A stretch of 64,000 nucleotides of DNA, taken from positions 131,703 through 195,702 of the forward strand of contig PFCW01000002.1 in the NCBI GenBank assembly GCA_002763115.1, given 5' to 3'. Positions 45,643 through 54,330 of the stretch are shown piece after piece. The position numbers and the translations under genes are program-made. This DNA is from Candidatus Pacearchaeota archaeon CG10_big_fil_rev_8_21_14_0_10_31_59 (GTDB lineage Archaea > Nanobdellota > Nanobdellia > Pacearchaeales > CG1-02-31-27). The number at the start of each line of letters is the position of its first letter. Positions within the stretch are counted from its first letter, which is position 1. Under the pieces are notes generated by a model. That model saw only the letters and a program-made list of their open reading frames with translations. It made no database searches and was not told the origin of the DNA.

Positions 45643-47874
45643 TTGTATTTGAAATATCTTTCTCAAAACCTTTTTATATTCCCTTTCTTTTATCTTAAAA
45701 GGAAAAAGATGGTGAGAGATGATGTAGATAAGATTTTGAAAAAATATTCTGCGAAGCTTGAAGGTTCTATGAATTCTGAGCGGAGAGATTATTCCAGAGA
45801 ATATGAAAGATTCAGGGGGGAATTACAAAAAGATTTGAGCTGGTATGAAAGATTATGCAAGAATGTCGGAAGCAAGATAAAAGCAAAAGTTCCGGATAAA
45901 AGCAGAATACAACTAAGTAGAGATATAGCACAGGCAAGATTGGATATTACGCCGGAGGAAGCATCAGGTTTAAGTCTGGTAGCTTTGATACTGTTAGTTT
46001 TTTTGGCAATTTTAATTTCAGGAGTTGTTTTTATGCTAAGCAACAGTTTTCCATTTTTGTTTATGCTTCTTGTTTTCTTTGCAGCAATAATTTTATTTTC
46101 TTATTTAAACGGAATGCCGAAGAGAATGGCCTTGAGATGGCGCCTGAAAGCCTCGAGCCAGATGGTTCCAGCTATTTTGTATATTGTAATTTATATGAAA
46201 CATACAAGCAATTTGGAAAGGGCAATCCAGTTTGCAGCAGACAATTTGTCAGCACCTTTATCTTTCGATTTGAAAAAAATATTCTGGGATGTTCAAATCG
46301 GAAAATACTCAACAATAAAAGATAGCTTAGATGCTTATCTGGAAACATGGAGAGATTATAGCATAGAATTTGTTGAATCAATGCATTTGATTGAGGGTTC
46401 TTTGTATGAGCCATCTGAATCAAGAAGAATTGCTTTGCTGGAAAAAGCACTGGAAGTAATGCTTGATGGAATTTACGACAAGATGTTGCACTACACTCAT
46501 GATGTAAAATCACCATTGACAAATGTTTATATGCTGGGAATTGTTCTGCCAACTTTGGCTCTGGCTTTGTTGCCTCTTGCATCAGCATTAATGGGCGGAG
46601 TTGTCAAATGGACCCAAGTCATGATTTTGTTTAATGTCATACTTCCATTTTTGGTTTTATACATAACTAATAATATTTTGACAAAAAGACCTGGAGGTTA
46701 CGGAGATTCTGAGGCACTGGAAAAAAATCCGGATTATGTTCATTTCAAAAACAAAAAAGTTTATCTAAAAGCTTTTCTGATTGTTCTTCCTCTGTTGCTT
46801 TTGAGCTTAGTTCCTTTGTTCTGGAACTTGGGTTTAAACGAGGCTATTCTTGGTGCAGGAAAAACAGATATTACATTCAAGGAAATCGGTCTTGAAAGAG
46901 TTGGAGGCAATGCTGGTTTATTTGATTATAGAGTTGTTGATGGTAAAACCGTAGGTCCTTTCGGTTTACTGTCTGTTTTATTCAGTTTATTCCTTCCCTT
47001 GGCTATTGCTTTGTTTTTTTCAATAAGCTATGATTTGAAAACAAGAAAATTGATGAATACAAGGAAGGAAACGCAGGAATTGGAAGATCAGTTTTCATCT
47101 TCGTTATTTCAATTAGGAAACAGGTTGGGAGATAATATCCCGGCAGAAATTGCATTCGGCAGAGTTGCAAATTCATTGAGAGGAACTGCAGCAGCAAATT
47201 TCTTTGTAACGGTAAATTCAAATATTCAGCAGGTCGGAATGTCTGTTGAGCAGGCAATCTTCAATCCGTCAAGAGGTGCCATAATTTATTTTCCATCTGA
47301 TCTGATAAAGACAAGCATGAAAATTATGATAGAATCAGTTAAGAAGGGACTGAAAGTTGCAGCAAATGCAATGATAGCAATAAGTAATTATATAAAAAAC
47401 ATAAAAAAAATTAATGAAAGGTTGAAGGACTTGCTGGCTGATGTAATTTCAGACATGAAGAGCAACATGTCTTTCTTAGCTCCAATGTTATCAGGTATTG
47501 TTATCGGATTGAGCGTCATGATAACTTCTATCCTGGCAAAATTAACATCAATACTTGCTGTTGTCCAGCCTGGCGAGGATGTTATGGTCGGAGGTTTTGC
47601 AAGCGCCTCAACAATAACGCAAATGTTTGATATTACAACGATGATACCTCCATACTTTTTACAGATTATTATTGGGGTATATCTTATAGAAATAATATTT
47701 ATCCTGACAAAATGTCTTGTAACAATACAATCCGGAGTTGATGTGCTTGGAGAAAAAGTCGAGATAGCTAAAAACTTGAAGAGGGGAATGTTTCTTTATT
47801 TCATAATAACTTTAATTGCTGTTGTTGCATTGTCTTTATTGGCGGGAATAGCAATAGGACAATTTGGAGTGTAA
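45643..47874 (+). CDS. FlaJ/TadC-like polytopic membrane platform protein (T2SS-F-like); start may be Met 45709
   Basis: 743 aa, 9+ TM in two blocks separated by large cytoplasmic domains, as in archaeal pilus/archaellum platform proteins. A TATA-like tttatatt lies ~30 nt upstream of ATG 45709 (MVRDDVDKILKK). Confidence 0.65.
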   Translation: MYLKYLSQNLFIFPFFYLKRKKMVRDDVDKILKKYSAKLEGSMNSERRDYSREYERFRGELQKDLSWYERLCKNVGSKIKAKVPDKSRIQLSRDIAQARLDITPEEASGLSLVALILLVFLAILISGVVFMLSNSFPFLFMLLVFFAAIILFSYLNGMPKRMALRWRLKASSQMVPAILYIVIYMKHTSNLERAIQFAADNLSAPLSFDLKKIFWDVQIGKYSTIKDSLDAYLETWRDYSIEFVESMHLIEGSLYEPSESRRIALLEKALEVMLDGIYDKMLHYTHDVKSPLTNVYMLGIVLPTLALALLPLASALMGGVVKWTQVMILFNVILPFLVLYITNNILTKRPGGYGDSEALEKNPDYVHFKNKKVYLKAFLIVLPLLLLSLVPLFWNLGLNEAILGAGKTDITFKEIGLERVGGNAGLFDYRVVDGKTVGPFGLLSVLFSLFLPLAIALFFSISYDLKTRKLMNTRKETQELEDQFSSSLFQLGNRLGDNIPAEIAFGRVANSLRGTAAANFFVTVNSNIQQVGMSVEQAIFNPSRGAIIYFPSDLIKTSMKIMIESVKKGLKVAANAMIAISNYIKNIKKINERLKDLLADVISDMKSNMSFLAPMLSGIVIGLSVMITSILAKLTSILAVVQPGEDVMVGGFASASTITQMFDITTMIPPYFLQIIIGVYLIEIIFILTKCLVTIQSGVDVLGEKVEIAKNLKRGMFLYFIITLIAVVALSLLAGIAIGQFGV

Positions 47875-47887
47875 TAAAATTTATTAA

Positions 47888-48070
47888 ATGAAAAAACTTG
47901 GATTTAAAATGTTTAAACGCAAAAAGAAAGGTTCAATTGAAATCCAGACATTAGCTTGGTGGTTAATTGGTTTATTAGTTTTAATTTTGGCTATTGTAGG
48001 AATTTTTATTTTGAGATCCAAGGGAGTAAATATTATCGATTTATTTTTACAAAAATTGAGGTTTAGATAA
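47888..48070 (+). CDS. 60-aa single-TM mini-protein, weak pilin-like (class III signal peptide?) candidate
   Basis: MKKLGFKMFKRKKKGS-IEIQTLAWWLIGLLVLILAIVGIFIL: basic leader ending KKG followed by a hydrophobic helix. Spacing is not canonical. Confidence 0.35.
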   Translation: MKKLGFKMFKRKKKGSIEIQTLAWWLIGLLVLILAIVGIFILRSKGVNIIDLFLQKLRFR

Positions 48071-48071
48071 A

Positions 48072-49154
48072 ATGTCAGATACAGGACAAAAAGTAGTAAA
48101 ATGGATTGTAGCTATAGTATGTCTTTTAATAATTTTCGGAGGAACTACAGTTATTTATGGAAAAACCCAAGGTTGGTACAAGAATTTTGATATTAATGAA
48201 GACCAAGAGAAAGCATCAAAAAAAAATACAGAAGAATTTTTTCAGAAAATTGACGAATGTAAAAATTCAAAGGATTATAACTGCAGATGTGATATTTTTT
48301 TCAATTTTCCAGCTTCATTTCTGCCGGAAAATGTCTTGCTATTCCAAAAACAGCAGTTGGATACAAACGTAATGTTATATTATAAAAAACCAGAGAGCAA
48401 AATAAAAGATATTGATTTGAAAAATACTGAAATCATATTCGGAATTGTTGATGCTATAGACAGAAACAACCAGAAATTGTTTTTCAATAAAGATTTTTAT
48501 GATGTCTTTAATGCCTACAAATTAAAACAAGCTGTTGTTTTTACACAAAATCCTTATCCGTCTTTGACTTTCTTTTCAAATGAGAATAAAGCAGAGTTTA
48601 ACAATAAAGTAGACAGCGTATTTTTCACAAGTTATGTAATAAAAACCAAAGAGGATAATTTTGACCAGATGATGTTTTTAGTTTTGTCGAGAGAACTGAT
48701 TAAACCGGAAAAAGCCACAGAAAGTTATCTTACTGAAAACGGCTTTGCCAATTTCGGAGATGCAATTCCTGTATGCAGTCAGGATGATTCGAGAATAAAT
48801 GCTTTGGAAAATTTCAATGACCTAGTAAATGCTTTCAAAACAAATATTGACAAGACAGAAATCAAAATTAATCTTCCGGAAGGCTATTATATAAATGTAA
48901 TTTATGACTCAATAACACTGTATGATTCTAGTGGAGTTCCAGTGAGAACCATCGAAATAAATATTGCCAAAAATTCCGATATGGAGCAATTAAAATTCAA
49001 AAAAACAGCCGAGAAGGAAAGAGAGTTGAAAGCAGGATTGGCAATTTATTATGCAACAGATAACGTTTTATGTTCTGACAATGAACTCAAATTGACAAAT
49101 GGAGACACAGCAGTTGTTAAAAAAGAAGAAAAAAATTGTTTAGCTAAATTATAA
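48072..49154 (+). CDS. N-terminally anchored extracellular protein (pilus-associated candidate)
   Basis: 360 aa. N-terminal hydrophobic helix (VVKWIVAIVCLLIIFGG), rest hydrophilic with several Cys. Confidence 0.45.
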   Translation: MSDTGQKVVKWIVAIVCLLIIFGGTTVIYGKTQGWYKNFDINEDQEKASKKNTEEFFQKIDECKNSKDYNCRCDIFFNFPASFLPENVLLFQKQQLDTNVMLYYKKPESKIKDIDLKNTEIIFGIVDAIDRNNQKLFFNKDFYDVFNAYKLKQAVVFTQNPYPSLTFFSNENKAEFNNKVDSVFFTSYVIKTKEDNFDQMMFLVLSRELIKPEKATESYLTENGFANFGDAIPVCSQDDSRINALENFNDLVNAFKTNIDKTEIKINLPEGYYINVIYDSITLYDSSGVPVRTIEINIAKNSDMEQLKFKKTAEKERELKAGLAIYYATDNVLCSDNELKLTNGDTAVVKKEEKNCLAKL

Positions 49155-49451
49155 ACACATTCTTTTTATTGTTCCACAATTTTTGCATCTAATTGTCTTT
49201 CTCTTGTTTTTTATTCTAATTTCGCAATTCTCTGGAGTGAAGATAAAATAACATTTCTTGCAGAATTTGTTTTTTAGTCTCTTGGGCAGTTTAAGATTAA
49301 TTTTCATAGCTATTCTCTTTGCCTTTTTAACGTTGTTAACTGCTATTTTCATATCTTTTTTAGCATAATCTTCAGCAACATCAAACATTCCTTCAATTTC
49401 CTTAAGAATTATTCTTTGTTTTTTTTCTTTAGAATCTTCTTTTTTCTTCAT
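49149..49451 (-). CDS. RNase P protein component Rpp21/Rpr2 (Zn-ribbon)
   Basis: 100 aa, very basic. KFCKKCYFIFTPENCEIRIKNKRKTIRCKNCGTIKR is the Rpp21 C4 zinc-ribbon pattern. Confidence 0.6.
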   Translation of the reverse strand: MKKKEDSKEKKQRIILKEIEGMFDVAEDYAKKDMKIAVNNVKKAKRIAMKINLKLPKRLKNKFCKKCYFIFTPENCEIRIKNKRKTIRCKNCGTIKRMCL

Positions 49452-49597
49452 TTAATAATAAAATAATATCAATTAATAAACTTTTATATCGAAAAATTTA
49501 AATTTTTTGGGACATGGAAATTAATCATAACTTCCTATTTCGGAAATTGGAAATTTCCTCAATGCTGAAAATTGTTCTAATTTTCATCATAAAAAAA

Positions 49598-49713
49598 GAG
49601 AAGACAACTTTCAAGCTTCCCAACCCAAGGGCAAGTACAACTTAAAACATAGGCAGCTTAACTTCCGTGTTCGAAACGGGAACGGGTGTTTCCTGCTTAT
49701 TATGGTCGTCTTC
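49598..49713 (-). rRNA. 5S ribosomal RNA
   Basis: Reverse complement reads GAAGACGACCAUAAUAAGCAGGAAACACCCGUUCCCGUUUCGAACACGGAAGUUAAGCUGCCUAUG...UACUUGCCCUUGGGUUGGGAAGCUUGAAAGUUGUCUUC. Helix I closes (GAAGACGAC / GUUGUCUUC). Conserved loop-C region ...CCGAACACGGAAGUUAAGC... present. Confidence 0.8.
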
Positions 49714-49773
49714 AATATAATTAATTCATCAAGATTTTTAAATGTTACTATTCTTTAATAATTGTATATTTAA

Positions 49774-49848
49774 GCTCCCGTAGCTCAGTTGGATTAGAGC
49801 ATCTCCGTCCTAAGGAGAGGGTCGCAGGTTCAAGTCCTGTCGGGAGCG
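49774..49848 (+). tRNA. tRNA-Arg(CCU)
   Basis: GCTCCCG-TA-GCTC-AGTTGGATTA-GAGC-A-TCTCC-GTCCTAA-GGAGA-GGGTC-GCAGG-TTCAAGT-CCTGT-CGGGAGC-G. 75 nt. Anticodon loop gU-CCU-AA. Confidence 0.85.
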
Positions 49849-49849
49849 C

Positions 49850-50284
49850 TTATTTTAAGCCCGTAGAACCAAATCCTTTTTTTCCTCTTTTAGTTTCAGT
49901 TAAGCTTTTAACTTCTTTTATGACTGGTTTTAGAATTGGAATAATTATCATTTGAGCAATTCTCATTCCTTTTTCAATTAAAACTTCATCATCATTTAAA
50001 TTTACAAGAACAACAGAAACTTCCCCCCTATAATCGGAGTCAAAAGTTCCAGCCACAGTATGAACATTCATTTTTGTAACAATACCTGCTCTGTCTCTTA
50101 ATAAACCAACATAACCCTTCGGTATTTCCATTATAATTCCAGTCTTAATAACCTCTTCAGCTCCAGGCAACATTTTTTTGTTCTCAGCTGCTCTAAGATC
50201 AAATCCAACATCTCCGGAATTCATATATTCTGGTAATCCAACTTCCTTATCAATAATCTTTATCTTCAACACTTCTTTTTTCAT
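49850..50284 (-). CDS. dut: dUTP diphosphatase (trimeric dUTPase/dCTP deaminase superfamily)
   Basis: 144 aa. Motifs GDVGFDLRA, GIVTKMNVHTVAGTFDSDYRGEV, and a C-terminal Gly-rich RGKKGFGSTG tail. Confidence 0.75.
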   Translation of the reverse strand: MKKEVLKIKIIDKEVGLPEYMNSGDVGFDLRAAENKKMLPGAEEVIKTGIIMEIPKGYVGLLRDRAGIVTKMNVHTVAGTFDSDYRGEVSVVLVNLNDDEVLIEKGMRIAQMIIIPILKPVIKEVKSLTETKRGKKGFGSTGLK

Positions 50285-50422
50285 AAGTAAATTAAAGGTA
50301 GAATCTTTATAATCTTTATTGTTTTATATACATAATCTTTTTAAATATAAACAATCTTTTAGATTCCAAGAAAACTCTTCTGAGTTTTCTGGACCAGAAA
50401 AGTTTTGCTTTTCTTGGTTTAA

Positions 50423-50592
50423 GCACCTGTGATGTAATGGCTAGCATAGGAGCCTTCCAAGAAACTTTTTAGAAAAAAGTTTCATCAAAAAACGAGGAAA
50501 GCTCTTCGTCCGGGTTCGAGTTAAACTTTTTCCAGAAAAAGTTTAAACAAAAAGCATAGTGGAGAAAGTTTCCGAAAATCCCGGCGGGTGCA
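50423..50592 (+). tRNA. tRNA-Gly(UCC) with two introns (37/38, ~50460-50499; T-loop/T-stem junction, ~50522-50579)
   Basis: Acceptor GCACCUG / CGGGUGC with discriminator A. D-arm AUG-UAAUGGCUAG-CAU. Anticodon stem GGAGC...GCUCU, loop CU-UCC-A|A. Variable UCGU. T-arm CCGGG-UUCGAGU|intron|CCCGG. Both introns contain near-identical hairpins: AAACTTTTT-aga-AAAAAGTTT and AAACTTTTT-ccag-AAAAAGTTT. Confidence 0.55.
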
Positions 50593-50640
50593 TTTATAAG
50601 TAAATTTTAAAAAGTGTGATTACTTAAAAATTACAATAAG

Positions 50641-51387
50641 ATGAAAACAACCACTGTTGTTCTATCTGCTTATAATCTTGAAAAAATTGTAGAATCTTCT
50701 CTTTCTAACATAAAAAACTCTTTTGATATTGTTAGTTCAACAACTCATCCATTTTTTTATATTGTAGATGATTGTTCTTCAGATGATACCTATTCAATTA
50801 TACAACAGTCAATTAAAAAATTAAATCTTGATGCTAAACTAATTAAACATAACTCCAATCTTGGCTTACCAAATTCAGAATTAGAAGGTTATAGATATGC
50901 TTTAGAAATGAATTCTGATTGGATAATAAAAACTGATTTAGATTCAGATTTTAAATATGGTTTAATAATCCCCTCCTTAATTGGTGGATTAAATATTGAG
51001 AATTTGCCGTTTATAGTGGCTCAAAGAAATATTAGTGAAGAAGAGTTAAGGAGATTTAATCTTTATGAATTTTTCAAAAAATCTTCTATTTATGAAATTT
51101 TAGCGGAGTTTAGAATACCTGGATTAGATCCGGCCTCAGTCGGAACTCAATCTTTCCAATCTGATTTTTTAAGAAAATTGTTACAAATACAATATATTGG
51201 TAACTATAATAAATTTTGGGGATTAGATATTGCTATGGTATTAGTTGCTAAGAAAATTCTTAATATTTCCCCAGAAATAATTCAAATACCTGGAAATTAC
51301 GAACAATCAAGAAGATCCCCCGAAAAAATAAAAGAACAATATAATCTATATAGTAAGGTAGTGAACGAAGTTTTAAAAATAACTTAA
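50641..51387 (+). CDS. family 2 glycosyltransferase
   Basis: 248 aa. VVLSAYNLEK and YIVDDCSSDDT (DxD region) are GT-A fold hallmarks. Confidence 0.6.
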   Translation: MKTTTVVLSAYNLEKIVESSLSNIKNSFDIVSSTTHPFFYIVDDCSSDDTYSIIQQSIKKLNLDAKLIKHNSNLGLPNSELEGYRYALEMNSDWIIKTDLDSDFKYGLIIPSLIGGLNIENLPFIVAQRNISEEELRRFNLYEFFKKSSIYEILAEFRIPGLDPASVGTQSFQSDFLRKLLQIQYIGNYNKFWGLDIAMVLVAKKILNISPEIIQIPGNYEQSRRSPEKIKEQYNLYSKVVNEVLKIT

Positions 51388-51429
51388 AAAGATAAAAACC
51401 TTTAAAAACTATTTTTATCTTAATTTAAA

Positions 51430-52371
51430 ATGACTGATGAGATTATTAATGAAAAAAAGCCGGAAGTTAACAAGGAAAAAAGGAAAATAAACTGGGAAGC
51501 ATTTCATGATAAACATTATATAAAATTAATGTTTATTCCGATTGTAATACTTATTTTAGCTTTAATTTATCTGGCTGTTTTTTACTTTGCAAATGGCGAT
51601 ATTATGCATAAAGATATTACATTGACAGGCGGAACAATTTTGACTGTGAACGTCAATGAAAAAATAGATACTAACAAAATGACTTCTTTTCTCGAATCAA
51701 AATTAGCTGGGAAAGATGTTTCGATAAGAACTATGAAGGATATTTATTCTGGGAATCAGATAGCTATATCTATAGAATCCAACGCTGATTCTGATTTAAT
51801 CAAAAAAGCAGTTGAAGAATATGGAATTAAGCTGGAGGAAGGAAAATATAGTATAGAGGTGACAGGTTCAACCTTGTCAAAATCTTTTGGAAAAGAATTG
51901 CTTATTGCTGTTGCAATTGCCTTTATCTTTATGGCGATAGTAATTTTTATTTTATTCAGAGTGCCAATACCAAGTCTGGCTGTTATATTCGCAGCTTTTA
52001 CAGATATTATTGTAACATTAGCAGTAATTGATTTATTAGGTGTTAAGCTAGGAACAGCAGGGATTGCAGCATTTTTAATGTTGATTGGTTATTCTGTCGA
52101 TACCGATATAATGTTAACAAGCAGAGCATTGAAAGGAAAGGATTCTGGATTGAAATTAAACACAAGGTTATTTTCAGCAATTAAAACTGGATTTATGATG
52201 ACTTGGACCTCCATAGCAGTAACATTAATGGGTTATTTTGTTTTAGTCTCGCCAGTTTTAAAACAAGTATTTTTGATATTGTCAATAGGATTATTTGTTG
52301 ATCTAATTGCCACATGGCTTGGCAATTTATCTATTATAAAATGGTATTGCAAAAAGAAAAAAATAAATTAA
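51430..52371 (+). CDS. secF: protein-export membrane protein SecF
   Basis: 313 aa. TM1, ~100-aa periplasmic domain, 5 C-terminal TMs. Archaeal secF-secD gene order. Confidence 0.8.
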   Translation: MTDEIINEKKPEVNKEKRKINWEAFHDKHYIKLMFIPIVILILALIYLAVFYFANGDIMHKDITLTGGTILTVNVNEKIDTNKMTSFLESKLAGKDVSIRTMKDIYSGNQIAISIESNADSDLIKKAVEEYGIKLEEGKYSIEVTGSTLSKSFGKELLIAVAIAFIFMAIVIFILFRVPIPSLAVIFAAFTDIIVTLAVIDLLGVKLGTAGIAAFLMLIGYSVDTDIMLTSRALKGKDSGLKLNTRLFSAIKTGFMMTWTSIAVTLMGYFVLVSPVLKQVFLILSIGLFVDLIATWLGNLSIIKWYCKKKKIN

Positions 52372-52372
52372 A

Positions 52373-53884
52373 ATGAAACTCACATGGAAAATGTGGTTAT
52401 ATCTTGCAGTTTTGTTATTGGCAATAATATCAATAGCACCATGGGGATATGTTAATAAAGGTGTTGAAATTTCATCAATAGATCAAAATTTAAGCCAGGA
52501 AACAGGTTTATCTCAGGGAGATATTATAAAATATGTAAACGGAGATGAAATAAAAAATCTGGAAGATTATTCCAATGTTATCAATAAAATTTTCTCTTCA
52601 GAAGGAGAAAAAAGAATAGAAGTTAAAACCACAACTAAAGAATTTGTTTTTCTTTCAACTTCTATCCCGGAAATAGTTGTTAAGGACATAGAAAAAACAA
52701 AGATTAGAACTGGTTTGGAATTAAAAGGTGGAGCCAGGGCCTTGGTTAAACCAGAAAAAGAATTAACAGATCAGGAGATGATAAATCTTCTTGATTTGAC
52801 AAGACAGAGATTAAATGCTTATGGACTGAAAGATGTTCAAATTAAAGAAGCATCAGACTTATCGGGAAATAAATATATGTTAGTTGAAATAGCAGGTGCA
52901 ACACCTTCTGATTTGGAATCTTTGATAGCACAGCAAGGTAAATTCGAGGCAAAGATTGGAAATGAAACTGCTTTTATCGGAGGAAATAAAGACATAACAT
53001 CTGTTTGTAAAGGTGATGCACGATGCGAAGGAATAAGAGAGTGTAATGAAATAACAGAGGGTTATAGCTGCAGATTTGAATTTGGAATTACTTTATCCGG
53101 AGATGCAGCAAAAAAACACGCATCGATAACTTCAAATTTAAGTGAAAGCATAGAAAATCCGGGTTATTTAGACCAAAAATTAGATTTGTATCTTGATGAT
53201 ATTTTAGTTGATAGTTTGTTGGTAAGTATTGATTTGAAAGGAAAAGAAGCCACAGACATCGCAATTTCCGGGCCAGGTTATGGTGTCGATGAACAAGAAG
53301 CTTATGATAATGCGCAAGACAACATGAGAAAACTTCAGTCAATATTGATAACTGGAAGTTTGCCAGTAAAATTAGAAATTGAAAAAATTGATAGCGTAAG
53401 CCCAATTCTTGGAAAAGAATTCACAAGGAATATATTGATTGCAGCTTTGATAGCTCTACTTGTTGTTGGCTTGAGTATTTTTATAAGATACAGGAAATTA
53501 AAATTGACTTTAGCCATTATTTGCATGATGTTGAGCGAGATGATTATTTTATTGGGGATTTTGGCTTTATTCAAATCAAATATTGATTTGGCTGGAATTG
53601 CAGGAATTATAGCATCCATAGGAACAGGAATTGATGACCAGATAATTATGGTTGATAGTGCAGAATCACACAAACAATACAGCGTTAAGGAAAGAATCAA
53701 GAGAGCATTCTTCATTATTTTCGGAGCTTATTTAACTGTTTTGGTTGCAATGCTACCCCTATTCACTGCTGGCGCAGGACTTTTAAGAGGATTTGCATTA
53801 ACAACAATTATAGGAATGACAGTTGGTGTTTTAATAACAAGACCAGCATTCGGTGATATAATCAGCAAAATCACAAAAGATTAA
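52373..53884 (+). CDS. secD: protein-export membrane protein SecD
   Basis: 503 aa. TM1, ~330-aa periplasmic P1 domain, then an RND-like 5-TM bundle (IASIGTGIDDQIIMVD...). Confidence 0.8.
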   Translation: MKLTWKMWLYLAVLLLAIISIAPWGYVNKGVEISSIDQNLSQETGLSQGDIIKYVNGDEIKNLEDYSNVINKIFSSEGEKRIEVKTTTKEFVFLSTSIPEIVVKDIEKTKIRTGLELKGGARALVKPEKELTDQEMINLLDLTRQRLNAYGLKDVQIKEASDLSGNKYMLVEIAGATPSDLESLIAQQGKFEAKIGNETAFIGGNKDITSVCKGDARCEGIRECNEITEGYSCRFEFGITLSGDAAKKHASITSNLSESIENPGYLDQKLDLYLDDILVDSLLVSIDLKGKEATDIAISGPGYGVDEQEAYDNAQDNMRKLQSILITGSLPVKLEIEKIDSVSPILGKEFTRNILIAALIALLVVGLSIFIRYRKLKLTLAIICMMLSEMIILLGILALFKSNIDLAGIAGIIASIGTGIDDQIIMVDSAESHKQYSVKERIKRAFFIIFGAYLTVLVAMLPLFTAGAGLLRGFALTTIIGMTVGVLITRPAFGDIISKITKD

Positions 53885-53885
53885 A

Positions 53886-54308
53886 ATGTTACCAATATTG
53901 CATTTTATTTTTTCTTTATTGTTATCTTCACTTTTTATTTCTAAATCAAATTTTCTTTTAATTTTATTATTGATATGTGCTGGAGGTTTTTTGATAGATA
54001 TAGATCATTATTTAATTTATTTCATAAAAACAAAAAACTTTAATTTATGGAAGGGTTATAAATTTTATCTGAATGCTAAACATGGAAGAAATGAACATGT
54101 ATTGCAGATTTTTCATACATTTGAATTTTTTGCTTTAGTTTTAATATCCTGTTTATTTTTTCCAATGATGCTTTATTTTTCAGCAAGCATACTTTTACAC
54201 TACATTTTAGATATCCTTGAAAATATTTTTACAAAGAACAAAGATTATGTTAAAGTTTGGTCTATACTCTATTTTATTATTAAGAAGAAGAATTCACAAG
54301 CTTTTTAA
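53886..54308 (+). CDS. hypothetical membrane protein (possibly DUF457/YdjM-like membrane-bound metal-dependent hydrolase)
   Basis: 140 aa, 3-4 TM with conserved-looking D/H residues (FLIDIDHYLIYF; HGRNEH). Confidence 0.35.
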   Translation: MLPILHFIFSLLLSSLFISKSNFLLILLLICAGGFLIDIDHYLIYFIKTKNFNLWKGYKFYLNAKHGRNEHVLQIFHTFEFFALVLISCLFFPMMLYFSASILLHYILDILENIFTKNKDYVKVWSILYFIIKKKNSQAF

Positions 54309-54330
54309 AATCAATTACTCTTTTTTTAAA

